Part shown: positions 23,900 to 37,359 of the stretch, piece after piece
Position numbering within the stretch: position 1 is the stretch's first letter
Layout of the letters: each line of letters begins with the position of its first letter
Origin: Eukaryota sp. GEM-RC1
Taxonomy: Eukaryota
Direction of reading: 5' to 3'
NCBI GenBank assembly: GCA_040285855.1
Contig: JAUFOQ010000010.1
Location: forward strand, 186,001 to 250,000
Length of the DNA stretch: 64,000 nucleotides
Position numbers and translations under genes: made by a program
Notes under the pieces: model-generated
Databases searched by the model: none
Told to the model about the DNA's origin: nothing
Seen by the model: the letters and a program-made list of their open reading frames with translations, nothing else

Positions 23900-24660
23900 T
23901 ACTAAAGATAATTTTATGTTATAAATTAACGAAATACAAACAACTAGTACTTAAAAGATATTAAATGATCCACACAATACAATTAACAATACTACTCCAT
24001 GACATGGTCTTGAACCCCAAAGAGTTTCTTCAAAATTCCGTCGAAAAACTGGAAACATTGAACGAAATATACAGAGAAAAAACAAGACGATCCCTGCAAA
24101 AATTAATGTTGAACTTCTTGCCAAATTCACAACACAATTGATTAAAAGATGACAACAACGTTTGAGCTGCAGAACCCAAATTTCGATAAGTTGAATTAAC
24201 GAATGGTTGAAACACAAAATTGTTTGTGAATTCAATTTATTAATATAATCACAATAACGAAGACATTTCTTATCTTCAGCATTATCCAAAGGTGAAAATT
24301 GATCATCCAATATTTTGCTACTAGCAGTATCATTACATGGATCCACAGTGGTGAAATTCAAAACAACTTCTTGACAATTTAACCATGGGCCAATAAAATC
24401 ACCACGACTCTTATCGCGAATGAAAGAATCAGAAAATGCGGACAATAGAGGTTCAATTGTACCATGAAATCCAGTGTTTGATTTTAAATTTGTTTGAAAA
24501 TTTGTAAAAAGAATTTGGGAAGAAGTTTAACAGAACGTGGAAGAATAAATTTGCTTTCTCGATTTTTAAGTCCATGTATAGATTTGTTGATTCCAATTTG
24601 TCCAAGTTGTTTGGAGGCAACTACTTCTCGGAATTAGGTAATTCGTTTGATAATTTGTTT
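23900..24660. mobile_element. CRE RLE fragment (-) and a CRE 3' end (+)
   Basis: SRGDFIGPW..NFTTVDPC..AEDKKCLRY on the minus strand. Confidence 0.75.
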
Positions 24661-27625
24661 TAATTGTCTTTATTTAATTGTTGTTTTCTTGTTGTGTGTT
24701 TTTCTCCATATATAGATCCGTTTTACATTTTCTAATTAATATGGCTTTAACATACACTGATTTTGACACAAGTATTCGGCAACCAAATATTGAGAATTCC
24801 AAGAAATATATACATGCCTTGCCCAAATGCAAACAAATTCACTCCATCTGGTCATGGATAACATTCTTCGACTTCAACAGCCACTCCAAACTTGTAGAGT
24901 TTCTCCACTGATCGAGAGAAATACGTTCTTTCGATCAATGGAAATCATGATACGATTTCCTTAGAAAAAAGTCCTTTAGTTCAGACACTCAAACCTACAC
25001 TGCTTCCTACATATCTAAATCTATTGCAAAAAGACATCTTTTAAATGGTGCGAAATTAAAATAATAATGACAGATATCGCGCAAAATTGAAAGTATTGAA
25101 CTCGGTTTCACGTTCGGATTACTTGGTTTACTTGGTGTTTTAATGATAACAAATTTTAGTTGTTTAGTATATTATATTTTAGTCCTGCTGGTGATCAATT
25201 TTTCAAGGAGTTCGAAGAATTGTGTAAAGAAAAGAAGCGTCAGTTTAGAGTGGCTGAATGGAACAACAGTATTGTGTTTTCCATTTATCGGAATATGCCT
25301 TTCTATTTCTCTAGATTAATTGAGAAATTGTACAAGTTTGGTGTGAAGGTTAATGTTGATAAACGTAATCTTTTACCGGGTGGTGATGAAGTCGTTTGGA
25401 TTTAATTTTAGTATTATTTGTTTGTTTTTACAATTTCATAGTTTGTAGGAAGGTTACCTTATTGGGTGCCGAATAAAGATTTTATACTTTAGACCGTAAA
25501 TGTAAGTGACACTATTTACGTAGTGCTGTATGCGTGTAACGATCTATAATTTACAACTTTATAAATCCCAATCTGATAATGTACAGTTGTAAAGTAGAGT
25601 CTTCTTGGTATTCAGAACGTTGCATTGAGTATTTTATGCCAGATCCAGACAGCTAAAAGCCGATTATGAAATTCCAATTCGAAGAATACTTCAGTACAGT
25701 TTACTACAAAAACTTAAGCAACACACAAACAAACTAATCGATGAAAAATTGAATCATTGATTTTCAAATATTTCTTTGAAGTGTGGGTGGATGAATCCAG
25801 TACAACATCAGCTCCTAGATACAATATGATCGGGTCATCTAATAACTATCACTTCTTTACTAGTGGAGGGCGATGTAGCCGACGTCATCTACATTCAGTC
25901 AGTTCTAAGATGTTGTTACTTCTACAGAAAAAGTACACAGCTCACAACCAACGAAAGAACCAATTGTGGAGTGAAGCGTCTATCGAATGTGTTGTAGTTT
26001 GTTTTAGTTCCGTCAATGGGTTTGGCCACTTTTGTGTTGGCTTGTACTGTATGTGACAATAAATCATTTTACTCTTGTCATCATTATTTACGTTACATTA
26101 CAGGTTGTATAGTTGTAAAGTTTGAGTGTAACGTAAAGCTGGTAATTTACTACATTACAAAAATAAATTATTGTAATGTACAACTATGAACCAAACCAAA
26201 CCAATCCAATCCAATCATTGGTTTAACCAGAACAAGTGGTTTTGTGTCCACCCATACTGTTGTATGATGCGATAAAACTACATTAACAATAATCTATAGC
26301 AAACTAAGTATCACATGACTCGTGTATTATGACAAAATAGTAATATTATGGAAACTGAAATGAATGATCAATGCAAAGGAACTGTTTGAATTCGAACCAA
26401 AATACCTAAACAATGCTTTGAAGACGGAAACAGACAAACTTCCTCTCCAATAACTTTCATTGATTCCATACTGCTTACACAAGTTGCCAAAAGATGTCAG
26501 AAATGTTTATCCTGAAAAGTCAAACGTTCCGAAAAGAGAAACAGCAAAACTATGCAAAAACAAACGGATTATGTCGACGAGAATTCATTTTAGAAATTAA
26601 TTCACCATAACGATTTAATTTTTTCCTTTCAGCAGTTTCAAGAGCTGAATAGTTTTCGTCAGAAATCACTTGTTAACAGAAGTTGAGTTACAAGGATCAA
26701 CCGTAGTCAAGTCCATAATTACTTCTTGAGAGGACAACCAAGGACCAATCTACTCTCTACTCTTATCTATCATAATTGAGTCAGACAACGTATTTAAAAC
26801 TGGTTTAATTATCCCATGAAAACCATTGCTCTCAAACAATTCTAAACATTGATCACGTAAACTGTTGTGAATAATTGATCTTAAAAGAAGAAACTGATGA
26901 CCGTTGACCACATGTTCGTACATCAATTTGCTGTATTCAATTCTCGAAGACGCAATAATATTCTCTTTCAGCCTTTTGCGGCGGAATTTGTGGTTCTTCT
27001 ACTAAAGAAGTATTTGAATTTTTCTTGAATTTTTTTAATAACTATTTATTTTAACTGTAATAGATCAAACCACTAGAAGTTGATATCATTAAAACAACAC
27101 CCGTCGCTATCAAATCTTACAACAGCTTTGTCCTCATAAAAGGAACTCACTGCTAATAGAGCTTTGGAGATGATTAGGGGAACTGTTTTAAAAACAGTAA
27201 AAACGGTCCGATTCAACCATAACATATGATCAAAACGTTTGTTCATTCTATTTTTTACAATTTTGCCGAAATCGTTTAAAAAATTGAATGCACTTTTTCA
27301 TAAACGTCCGTAAACTGGAAACATCAAAAGGGCATAATTCGTATTCAACATGTTTTACGTGTTTTGGAAGCCAGCAATGGTTTCTTGTACTTATCCTGCT
27401 TGGCCTGTTCAGAAATGTAAAGCGTTCTTTAAAGATGTCTTTTTACGAACATCCACTGACACTACATCAACAACAAACAATTTGTCTGCAGAAGAAGGGA
27501 CAACAACATGCTCTCCGTTTACCAACAAATTGGTTCTGTTTTTCGACATTACAATTATTACTTGGTTCTAAATATCTTAGAAGTTGTTCAACAACTGATT
27601 CAATTTTGTAAGATTTACACATAGC
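24655..27625 (+). repeat. Segmental duplication, copy 2 (matches 37360-39262 and 11734-13655), with an extra CRE 3' end at about 25180-25476
   Basis: Direct sequence comparison. Confidence 0.9.
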
Positions 27626-27850
27626 ATGTGGTTTTCTTGTTGTGAAAAGTTTATCGATGAAGGGTACAAACATTCATATTATAATAAAAGCTTTCTCGTT
27701 GTAAATCCGTTTTTTTGTCGTGGATGATGACTTGATCACTCACATAAAACATTACTCTTGACGTATTCCATTGAAGGTGTCGGTCAAAGTTAAAATTCAG
27801 TAAATATAACATTGAACAATTCATCAAACGTTTTATTCTCAGAAAAAAGT

Positions 27851-28772
27851 CTAAGGTAATTCTGACAATTCATCATTATCATCACATTGTTTAAACCACA
27901 ACTTCAAAAGATAGAGGATGACCAAAGTAACAAAGATTTTGAACAGTGCCCGTAATTGAAGAATAGATTTTGGAGTGCACAATACAAAATCACAAGCCAA
28001 CGTGATAATTGCCAAGAAAAGAAACACCACAATACGAATATAGAAAATTCTATTCTTTAGAGGTTGGTCTGACCAAACATTTTTCCAAATGTAGAATTCA
28101 TTCATTATGATCAAAATGACAAAGAACAGAATAATGAAGGAGAAGAACCAAGAAGGATGAAGTTTGATTGCAAACACGAACAGCACAAGCACAAGACCAA
28201 TGATAAACTTGAAGGAAAACTTGCGGTGATCAATGCACAAAGAGCCGTCTTCCTTAAATGCTTTTAATCTTCTGTAGGAATACAGTAACAGCCACCACAC
28301 AACAAAGAGAGCACCCGCTAGAGCAAGACGTTCTCCAGAGAGAAGCAATGTAGCATGAAGAAGGAACCAACCGAAAGACAAGACAATCAGGACAAACACC
28401 AAAAGGAAGAAGTTGATTTGCGCAAATAGAGAATTTCCAATGTTCATCAAATGACTTTTGGTCAGCTCCAAGATAAACAACGCTGCTAGAGCTAAGGGTA
28501 CGCTTGCCCAGGCGTTCAAGGGTTGACGAATGAACTCAGTCTGGTGGTCAAACTCACAAGCACATTTAAGGGGGGTAACAGGTTGCCATGTCTCCGATCC
28601 AGATCACACGGGAGAATACGGAACCGATGAACCAAAATCCAATCCACAAGATGACGATGTACACCAGGAGTTTGGCGAACAACTTAAAGAGGAAGCTCCC
28701 ATTCAAAAACTGAGGTAATTGATCCTTTTGATCTTCTGCTGTTAAGTCAAGGTCGATGTATGAACCAGACAT
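27851..28772 (-). CDS. Ceramidase-like (CREST superfamily) multi-pass membrane protein with a frameshift in the G6 run at 28570-28575
   Basis: Removing one G joins the ORFs as CYPLKCACEFD..FIRQPLNAWAS, the alkaline-ceramidase-type CE..IRQP.N motif; about 7-8 hydrophobic segments. Confidence 0.65.
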
Positions 28773-29213
28773 GAAGACTGAAGTACTGTTCAACTGTAGT
28801 AGGAGTTTCACATTGAAGCAAACTGTAAACAGGGCAAGGATTTCATTTTAAAAAAATCAATATTGCAGTTACGACACGTTTCAGGTTTTTACGTTCCCGA
28901 AACGTTTTACAGGATCAAAAATACATTTTAAATTGGAATTTTTACATATATGATAATTGTTATCAACTAGAAGCTGTGACTGACTTTCAACCACAATATT
29001 TTCCGTATCCAGCTGTGTAGAACAAACAAGTAGTCTTACAAGATGTCTTTGAGACAATGTTGACCAGGACATAAATTTAAACCGTTAAAACTCCTTTGAT
29101 TTGAAGAATCTATGCTTTTGAACGAAAATGTACTTCTAATAAATCAAATCACACTCATTGATATCAATTATACATTTGAATTCATAATTTTTCAACAAGT
29201 TTATTAGCCAAAT

Positions 29214-29997
29214 CTACACAAAATCCAAATCCTCCGCACATTTTCGACCATATTCATCAGCTTCTTGAACCATCAACTCTGGTACAGCTCCATGACTACC
29301 ATCAGATCTCACCCAAGTCATTTCCAGCGTGTACTGACGCGATGAGGCTTGTTCTCGTTCTCGTACTATGTGTAAGATTCTGGCTGCTTCTTTAACAGCT
29401 TCCTCTGTCGTCATTGTTGCCAATGCAAGCTTTTCTAACTCAGCCTTGGCTTGATGGGACCTGCCACCAAGAGCAGTAGCAAAGTAACCTAAACAAGACC
29501 CCGAGGGATCAATATTGAAAAGGACAGGTTCACCATCTTCTAGACCTCCTATCAACGCGGACACTCCATAAGGACGCACAGGAGATCTCATTGTGTACAA
29601 ATGCATATGTAGAGCAAGACGTTTAGCTAATTGAGATGGTGATATGGATGTACCAAAGTTTGTTCGCCATTCTTTGGCTTGATCACGTGCTTCAGAAGCT
29701 AGTGTACGAGCATCGGCCGTCAGCCCTGCCATGGCTATTCCGATGCGTTCATCAGATGTATAGATTCGCTTTTGGGAGGACATTACCAGCAAAGTAGAAG
29801 GTACTTCCTTTTCAACTGCAAAGACTACTCCATCACTCACACGAAGACCAACAACGGTGCTGACATTAGGATCGGGATAGAAATGAGTCATACCCAGAGT
29901 TGGCGACAGCTTTTGAAGCGTATTCTACTTGAAAGACTCGACCATCAGGAGAATAAGTGGTTGGAGAAAGATCGTATCCAGTACCAATAGAAGACAT
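29214..29997 (-). CDS. PSMA3: 20S proteasome subunit alpha7, with a 34-nt intron at 29860-29893
   Basis: [27 protein letters not shown], then GTATGA..CTAATGTCAG intron, then [22 protein letters not shown]. Confidence 0.95.
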
Positions 29998-30253
29998 AAG
30001 ATATGGGAAAAGGTTTGGTGATGAAGAAAACTGGCATTTTCGAAGGACGATCTGACATCTCTTCTTTATTAATGCTTTTCGACGCTGACAGTGATTGGTA
30101 CGATGACCATGAGGAGATGTACATCTGATAAACACTTCTGACTTATGGAAATTGTATTTAAAACAAAATACTATACACTTGCAAACTATGATTGAATGAC
30201 AAACACGCTGTCAAGTGCTAAAAAGGGCAATATATCAAAAATTAAATAATCTA

Positions 30254-30624
30254 CTAGTACTCCGTGATAAGTTCTGACAAATGCCAGTCTTCATAGGAGC
30301 CGTCAGGCAGGTACCTCCTTATGGTAAAGGAATCTTCTTTTGACGGAGTTCCTTGGCTGCAATGTCCAGAGGATCCGTCTCCTTGTCAACTTCAACGAGA
30401 ACTGGTGCGTTTAGTGATATCTGAAGAGCTCTAGCACCAAGAATTCTTGCTCTTTCGTACTTTGTGAGGTATGGTGTCGTTGTTCGTGTTGTCTGGGGTT
30501 GTGCTGCAGTTTCAGATTCCATAGGAACAGTTTCTGAGATTACTTCAGAATCAATCTGTTGTTCTGGTTCATGATCACCAATTTCGGGTTCATAGACGTA
30601 AGCATCTTCTTCATAGTCAGACAT
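30254..30624 (-). CDS. RPB6: Shared RNA polymerase subunit RPB6, with a 1-nt frameshift at 30326-30328
   Basis: [31 protein letters not shown]; adding one T gives the canonical [18 protein letters not shown]. Confidence 0.95.
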
Positions 30625-30691
30625 TAGGAAAACTGAAAGTGTAGAGAAATAACAAGTAAAGTAAAGGTGATGAAAATGTTGAAGAAGTTGC

Positions 30692-31465
30692 ATGGACATT
30701 CCCTCAGCATCTGGAACATGGTCACTTCAACAAAAACACCAGTTCTTTAGAGGACTTGTGCTCTATGGTAAAAACCCCATTGCTATAGCAAACCGTGTTT
30801 TTGACAAATCACCTATTCAATGCGCCTCATATCTAGCAACTCTTCGCACACTTGAACAACTTGTTGACTCTCAGGGAGTTTCACCTCCTTCTACCACCTC
30901 AGAACACTCTACATCCTTGGAAAATTCCATTCTTTCTCAACTTGTATCTTCTCCCATCACCTCCTCTCCTCCCCACTCCCCTTCCAGTCATTCTCCCGTT
31001 TCCAATGATCCTGAACCCAACGACGTCCCCTCTGATACTCACAGTGAGCTGGCTAATCTCATGAATATACCAACAAGGCCAAATCAGTTCATTATAAATC
31101 AATCTCAACTACTTTCTATCGTACAACCACCTATTGAAGAGACCTCTATGGGTCCTCTTTCGGCTGTAGTTTCGTTTTTAGAAGCGAGCACTCGACAATT
31201 CATTGTTTCTTTAGTTTCATCAATGTTTCCCATATTAATTGAAAAGAACAAGAGGAAAAAAACTGAGTTTATTTTGACTAGGGATGACGTTTACACAACG
31301 TGTTGCGTGTTGGGTCTTCCCATTGGTCTAGATTTAAGTAGCGAGGACGAGTCAGAAGAAGTCAATAGAAAGAGAAAATCTCGAGAAAATCTACATGAAC
31401 CACAAGAGAAAACATCTAGAGACAGTGACTCCACTTCAGAAGAAGAAGAAGTCTTGATTGAATGA
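30692..31465 (+). CDS. SANT/Myb-domain nuclear protein, possibly Rrn5-like
   Basis: [38 protein letters not shown] is a SANT domain; the C-terminal helical segment ends LTRDDV..LG; basic/acidic tail. Confidence 0.7.
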   Translation: MDIPSASGTWSLQQKHQFFRGLVLYGKNPIAIANRVFDKSPIQCASYLATLRTLEQLVDSQGVSPPSTTSEHSTSLENSILSQLVSSPITSSPPHSPSSHSPVSNDPEPNDVPSDTHSELANLMNIPTRPNQFIINQSQLLSIVQPPIEETSMGPLSAVVSFLEASTRQFIVSLVSSMFPILIEKNKRKKTEFILTRDDVYTTCCVLGLPIGLDLSSEDESEEVNRKRKSRENLHEPQEKTSRDSDSTSEEEEVLIE

Positions 31466-31489
31466 AAAAGAAGCGAATTCGATGGAATT

Positions 31490-33586
31490 TCAAGTTAATT
31501 TCAGTGTTTTTTTGTGGTACAGAGAGTTTGTTTCCGAAATAACATTGTCTTTAACCAATGTGTTCAGAACTTTTTCAACAACTTCATCACTAAAGTTTGA
31601 TCCAGGTAAAAACATACGTAAACTTGCTGAGATTTCAGATAAGTTCAACCCTTTCTTAGAAGTTTTTATCTTTAGTTTAACCAATTGTTTGATTTGTAAT
31701 TCTTCAGTTGTTTCTGGTTGGATTTGCTGCACTTCTTGGATTTTTTTGATTGACTTTCCAATTTTGACTCTGAATTTTGATTTGATTGCACATTCTTGAT
31801 CAGTGGAGATTAGTCCAATGTTGTTTAGCTCAATAAAACCATTGTAAACGTGATTGATTGGCAATCCTGAAATTTGGGAAAACTCAAATGGAGAAAGTTC
31901 ACTACTTTTTAGAAATTCTTGTAAAATGTGAAATGAAATGGCTGTTGTTGTATATTCTTTCTTTTCGAGAGAGTTGGTTTGGCAAAATTTAAATGTTGCT
32001 GAACCATTTAATGGTAAAAATTTCAAAATTCTGTCAGAAAAAGAATTACTAAAGTCAGTACACAACGATGAAAAGCCGATAAAATTTTGAAAAAACTGCG
32101 AAGAATTCAAAGAATCTGTAACAAACATCGTTGAAGGCCAACAATGTCGAGAAAGAATCCGAAAATTTAAAAATCTTCTTTTCAGCTTTTGACTTTCTTG
32201 AATATCATTGATCATTTGATCTGCGTGAACCAAAGCAAACTCTAATCCTAAATATTTTTTCAAAATTTCAATTTGTTCAATCAAATCTGATAGATCGAAA
32301 TCATCAGTTTCCGACCGTTTAATCAGCTCTTTTGCTAGTCTTGATTGAAATTGTAAGGCAAGATTTCTGGAACCACCAACAACAGAAATCAAAAAAGTCA
32401 ACAGTAGTCAATGCTGATGACGTAGATTTGATTGAGAAAGGATCAAAGACTGGAATACTTTGAACAGTATCAAACTGTAGACATGAAAGGACACTATTCG
32501 GTATAGATTCGTCTAGATCAAAAAATTTAAAAATGTCCAAAAATGTTGAATCATTAAATCTAATATCGTGATGGTAGAATAGGTCAGAATCAAAGAACAT
32601 GTTCAAAACACAGTCATAAACATCATTTCGTCGCCCTAGAAATTTTTTAAATTTGTCAATAATTTTGAATAATTTAATACCGATAGATGGCGTAACAAAC
32701 ATTGAAATTATGGCAATAAAAACGTCAACAACTGATGACGTTGCAGCAGCTAAATGAAAAAGACGACGGTTTAAAACGACAGTTAACGTCTGTCCAATGA
32801 TTTCTTCAAAAACGAAATCAACAAGTCTAATTTGTCAAGAAATAAATTGGCTAGTAACATCTTGATTGTACTCCTAATGATTGCGGCAGGTGATTGACAA
32901 TCATCAGGTTCACAATCAAATATACTCTCAAAAAACACCCTTTCATTATCACTTAGTTTGGAAATGAGAATCACAGAAGCGAAACAGAAAACAATCATAT
33001 TTGAAAAGAAATTGAAAGACTCTGGCAAAGACACGAGAGCTTCAAACACTTGGCTAATGTGAGCTTCCAAGAGTTTGATAAGGATCAGTAGAGGGAGAAA
33101 GAAAGGGGAAAGGGGAAGAAGATGAGCAGAGGAGAGATCATCCTTGATAGAAGTGAAGAAAAGACTAAGGTCGAGGTCAAAGAGATCCATGTCGTTGATC
33201 AAAGAAAAGACTTTTGACGATATGACTAACCATAGACATTTGACTAGTTGAGAGGAAGGAGTTAAGGGGATAGATGGGGGTTCATTGTAGTAGAGAAGAG
33301 CGGAGAAGAGAAAATCAAGCTCTGGAATATGAGTGGAAGGACATTCGAGTAGAGCGACTATGAGAGGAAGCTTTAAAGAGGGATCTGACAAGGTAGACGG
33401 GTCCAAAAGGACGGTAGAAGGACGATGAGAGGAAGGGCAGTGTGGAGCAGCAGGTAACTTCAGAAACTCTAAAAGACTGATAGCTTTTAGGAGATGTGAT
33501 TCACAAAACGGATCTTCATGTAAACACTTTGAGAACGAAAATGTGAAAAGAGGAGGATGGTACTCTACGATTCCCAGAGGAAGCAT
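31490..33586 (-). CDS. ANAPC2: Anaphase-promoting complex subunit 2 (cullin-like), split by two frameshifts
   Basis: LNRRLFHLAAATSSVVDVF, KKFLGRRNDVYDCV, IEILKKYLG..QMINDIQES, ILSRHCWP and a C-terminal winged-helix-like segment. Confidence 0.75.
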
Positions 33587-33695
33587 TGTACGAACTCAAA
33601 ACAGAAACGGAGATGACGATGGAAATCTCGTGGAAGGAGTGACTGACTTGGATGATAAATTATGATCTTTGAAAGATCATCTTTCCTTTTGAAGA

Positions 33696-34248
33696 ATGAT
33701 ATCAGTAGCTGAGATCGTCAATCAGCCTAAACAAGAGCATCAGAACATGGCGCCCACCATTCTAGAGCCTCCCAAGAACTTGCTTGAACCAGATCCTTGG
33801 TATATTACTTCCTTGGAGTATGTTGACAGTCCTCCTCGTCTTCATACCCCGAATCACTCGCCGATTATGCCTCATATACCGCAAGGATTGCATATACCGA
33901 TAACATATTCCTCTCCTATGCATATACAACCTCGTCCTTCTGTCCTCACAAGTTCTGGTGTCCCTACCGTTTCTCCATGTGATACGGATTCTGTAACCAT
34001 CCGCTCCCCCCTCTGGTATCCTCAAGGATTTCAAGATATATCCACAATACAGCAAGTTCAGTCGTGAACAGAACCAAATCCTTATTCAGTCATTTACTGT
34101 GGAACAACATCCCGATGCCCAAAGGATTGCCTGGCTTGCTTCAAAAACTGGTCTGACCCCAAAACAAGTCAAAATTTGGCATCAAAACAGGAGGAGTCGC
34201 TTACGCAATAATCTGTCCAAGAGTAAGAACCTTCGCTCGCCTTATTGA
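33696..34248 (+). CDS. Homeobox protein: Pro-rich N-terminus plus C-terminal homeodomain, frameshift at the C6 run 34006-34011
   Basis: Frame missed by the ORF track: KFSREQNQILIQSFTVEQHPDAQRIAWLASKTGLTPKQVKIWHQNRRSRLR. Confidence 0.85.
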
Positions 34249-34844
34249 TTTTTGTTTGTAGAGTCTATCATTTTGTAGTACGGATTATTTTGTAGGATAT
34301 AAATCACCTCGTGTATAACACATGTGAAAATTGGTCAACTGATGTCAACACTTATAACGTGGTAGTAAGAAGACTTTGGTTGACCCACAATGCACCCCAT
34401 ATATTTTTGGAAACTCCATACTTCTCACCTCCTCACGTTTCATAATCGTTCATCATCTGTTTTACGTATACTATATTTCTCAAGTATAGTGATACCTTCT
34501 CTTTTAAGATGATGTCATCATTTCACTTTGATATTGTTGCCCCTTACCCAAACTATTTTGAAGAACTTTTTACTACTAAGTTGACGTTTCAATCCACATT
34601 GAGCAAAATACTCCCGGACTGCTTTGCTTCAATTAATACATGAATATCATGTGGGGAGGATCCTCATGGTTTCTTAGTTGTCATAGTCACATCTTAGTTG
34701 TCATTTTGTCCAAAAGTACTGACAAATTGTCAATGACAATGCTGTTTATGGCTAAGAGCTTGGTTTCTGTGCGTAGTTCATTCAAGGTGTGCAATCGACT
34801 TTGACGATCTTTTGTCTTAACGTAAGCATCAAGACAGAGAGAGA

Positions 34845-34922
34845 TGTTTATTCGGCACCCAATAAGGTAACCTTCCTACAAACTATGAAATTGTAAAAAC
34901 AAACAAATAATACTAAGATTAA
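34845..34922 (-). mobile_element. Short CRE 3'UTR fragment
   Basis: Matches 45688-45765 and the reverse complement of 25405-25476. Confidence 0.75.
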
Positions 34923-35978
34923 AACAGATGTTTTGTATCACCTTTATTCGAATATCTACAATAAAATACTTAAACCAACGCTCTATTAGTAGCTCAACAT
35001 CAATCAACCTTTTTTTCTCTAATCGCAAACAGTAGTATAGTCATTGGAATAAAAGTACATTGTACTTATTACAAATCATGGTTCAAGAAAACTGTTTTAT
35101 ACAGAGAAACTGTTTCATACCTAGTCAAAACATCGATTCAATCACTTGATTTAAGACATCCATGCTGAACAGAAGATTCAAAGTGGCAGGGTAGTAGATC
35201 TGAAGTACACCTTTTGTGTTGATCAACGCTGTTATTCTAGAACAGCTGGACGTTCACCCACAGGAAGACACATGGAATGTATCGGTAAGGGGAGTGTGAG
35301 CACACCATCCAAGGTCTAAGACAAGAAAACTTGAAGCACTAAAGCGCAGAGCTGTTCTACTCATTCAACTGTAGTAGCGTAGTACAGCGTCAATTATGAG
35401 GAGAAAAGTTATTGTTATATTACCTCAAGAGACATACAGTAAGTCAAGGAAGTTGGAGGGTTTTGAAATTCTCCGTTGGTAGACAAGAGATATCTGCTTG
35501 ATGTATAGACTATCACTGCTTCTACAGTAATACGATCTGGTCCTTAGATCCAGGTTGAAAACACAATCAAAAAGTGCCACATCACCATGTCACACAATTT
35601 TTGGACCTTTGAACTGTAGAAGCCACTTCATGATGTACTTCTAGTTCGAGATGATGCATTTCTGTTCAAGTCTATCTGTCACTATAATACCTCCTTTTGG
35701 TTCTTCGGAAAATTGGACGATTTACGGGACCCATCCTGAGGCTGTAGTTCCGCAAATCTTTCCAACTGGTGAACCTTCTTACAACATCTCTTTCTCTTAA
35801 CCGTACATGTATACTCTTGAATTTTGCCAAATCCACTCGATATTACCACGAATCTTGTACCATACCATTACAATGCCAGTTGATCTCGTTATCAACATAT
35901 TCGAGTACTTCATGATTACCTAAATCATGGACAAATAACACTTAATTCATATTTTACATAATCAAGATACAAACAAAT

Positions 35979-36505
35979 TTACGCAATATTACATTTTCTA
36001 CACTGAACGGTGATTTGGAAACCAAGATTGTAAGAAAGACATTTCATTGCTTCAGGAATAACCATTTGGTCACAATATCCCTTGGTCAAATACCATGAAA
36101 GCTCTACAGGTGGCATTTGACTAAGGACTTCGAAGTTGATCGTACTTATAGCTTTGGTACAGTTTTGTGATAGTTGGAGGGACTGTGTGCGTGTACAAAT
36201 TCCATCTTCATACAACCAATTGGAAAACAATTGACAGTAGAACATACTGGGATGGGGAAACCGTTGTTGAAATGGAAGCAAGACTCTTATAGCGTTGGAA
36301 ATCGACTCAGATGAAACTGAGTAGTGGGTCATTTGGGTGAGAGAATCAATATCAATATCAAGATTCATTGCACGTGAAGCGAGATATATCACAGCAGGAG
36401 TACTGACAGTTGGAGGAAGTAATGGAAATCCGAGATCATCTAAACTAAAGAACTCAAGATAGCCAATGGCCAGAACAGAAGGAACTTCGAGAACATTGCA
36501 AGCCG
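35979..36505 (-). pseudogene. 5'-truncated gene with a possible cyclin/TFIIB-like fold
   Basis: PAVIYLASRAMNLDIDIDSL..PHPSMFY resembles the TFIIB/BRF repeat; the upstream part is replaced by CRE sequence. Confidence 0.35.
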
Positions 36506-36529
36506 AGAATTATTAATTATAGATAGACC

Positions 36530-37357
36530 CAACTTACTAAATATAGGTTCAACTTTGGCATGAAATCCATGAGCCTTAAACATTTCAAATGTAACATCTC
36601 TTACAGCATTATGAAGAACTGATCGAAATTACTTAAATATGGGGCAATTAATTACATGTGTCAAAGTTGCAATGTGACGATGACTGTATACTCATTCAGA
36701 ATTGTCCAGCAATTCTGCAGGAAACAAACCTAAACGCAATCGCATATTTAATTTCCAAGCCTCATCAGACAAATGTAAACCAAAAGGACGTGGTTGTTGA
36801 GTGATCAAACAAGTTGAATTCTTAATATCATTTAAGAAAGCAGCAAAAACGGGATTATTAATTTTAGTAATACTAAAACGATTTTCAAAATCCAGGTTTT
36901 TAAATGCCTTCAAAAGCTTATTCTGAAGTTTGACCACACATAGAGGGAGAAACAATGGAGATTTTTCAGGAATACTGGGTAAATGAGAAGGAAAACAGCT
37001 ATTCCACATATCCAAATCCAAATCGTCAATAACTGAGACTAACGAAACTAACCAAGGAGTAGACTGAATGAGATTTTCATTAAACAAAAAGCCGTATCTA
37101 GATTTACATTCAAATAGGAAATTCTTCATTCCACCAATAAACGCACTTTTGGTTAAGTATGAAGCTCGTGAAAAACCCACACCGTCAATATTAGCTGATG
37201 AAAACGCGTGATAAGGCAGTTTCGAGTCATTAACCTCTACAAGATCACTTAAGAACTTAGTTCTCAAAGAGTTAAATTTTCTGGCTAAATCAATAGTAAG
37301 TTCAGGATTGATTGAGCGCAGAAAGTGATTGATTTTGGACGCAAAACAAGTCGTCAA
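36530..37357 (-). mobile_element. CRE-like fragment (post-RT region to the start of RLE)
   Basis: KINHFLRSINP, GVGF, MRLRLGL, HNAVRD. Confidence 0.85.
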
Positions 37358-37359
37358 AA

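Noticed and set aside
30085..30142. Box C/D snoRNA between PSMA3 and RPB6 (two CTGA motifs)
   Set aside because: No clean RTGATGA box and no rRNA-complementary guide that I can recognise.
35100..35930. Coding-like composition suggesting a decayed gene
   Set aside because: No ORF of 60 aa or more and no recognisable motif; it needs a translated search.
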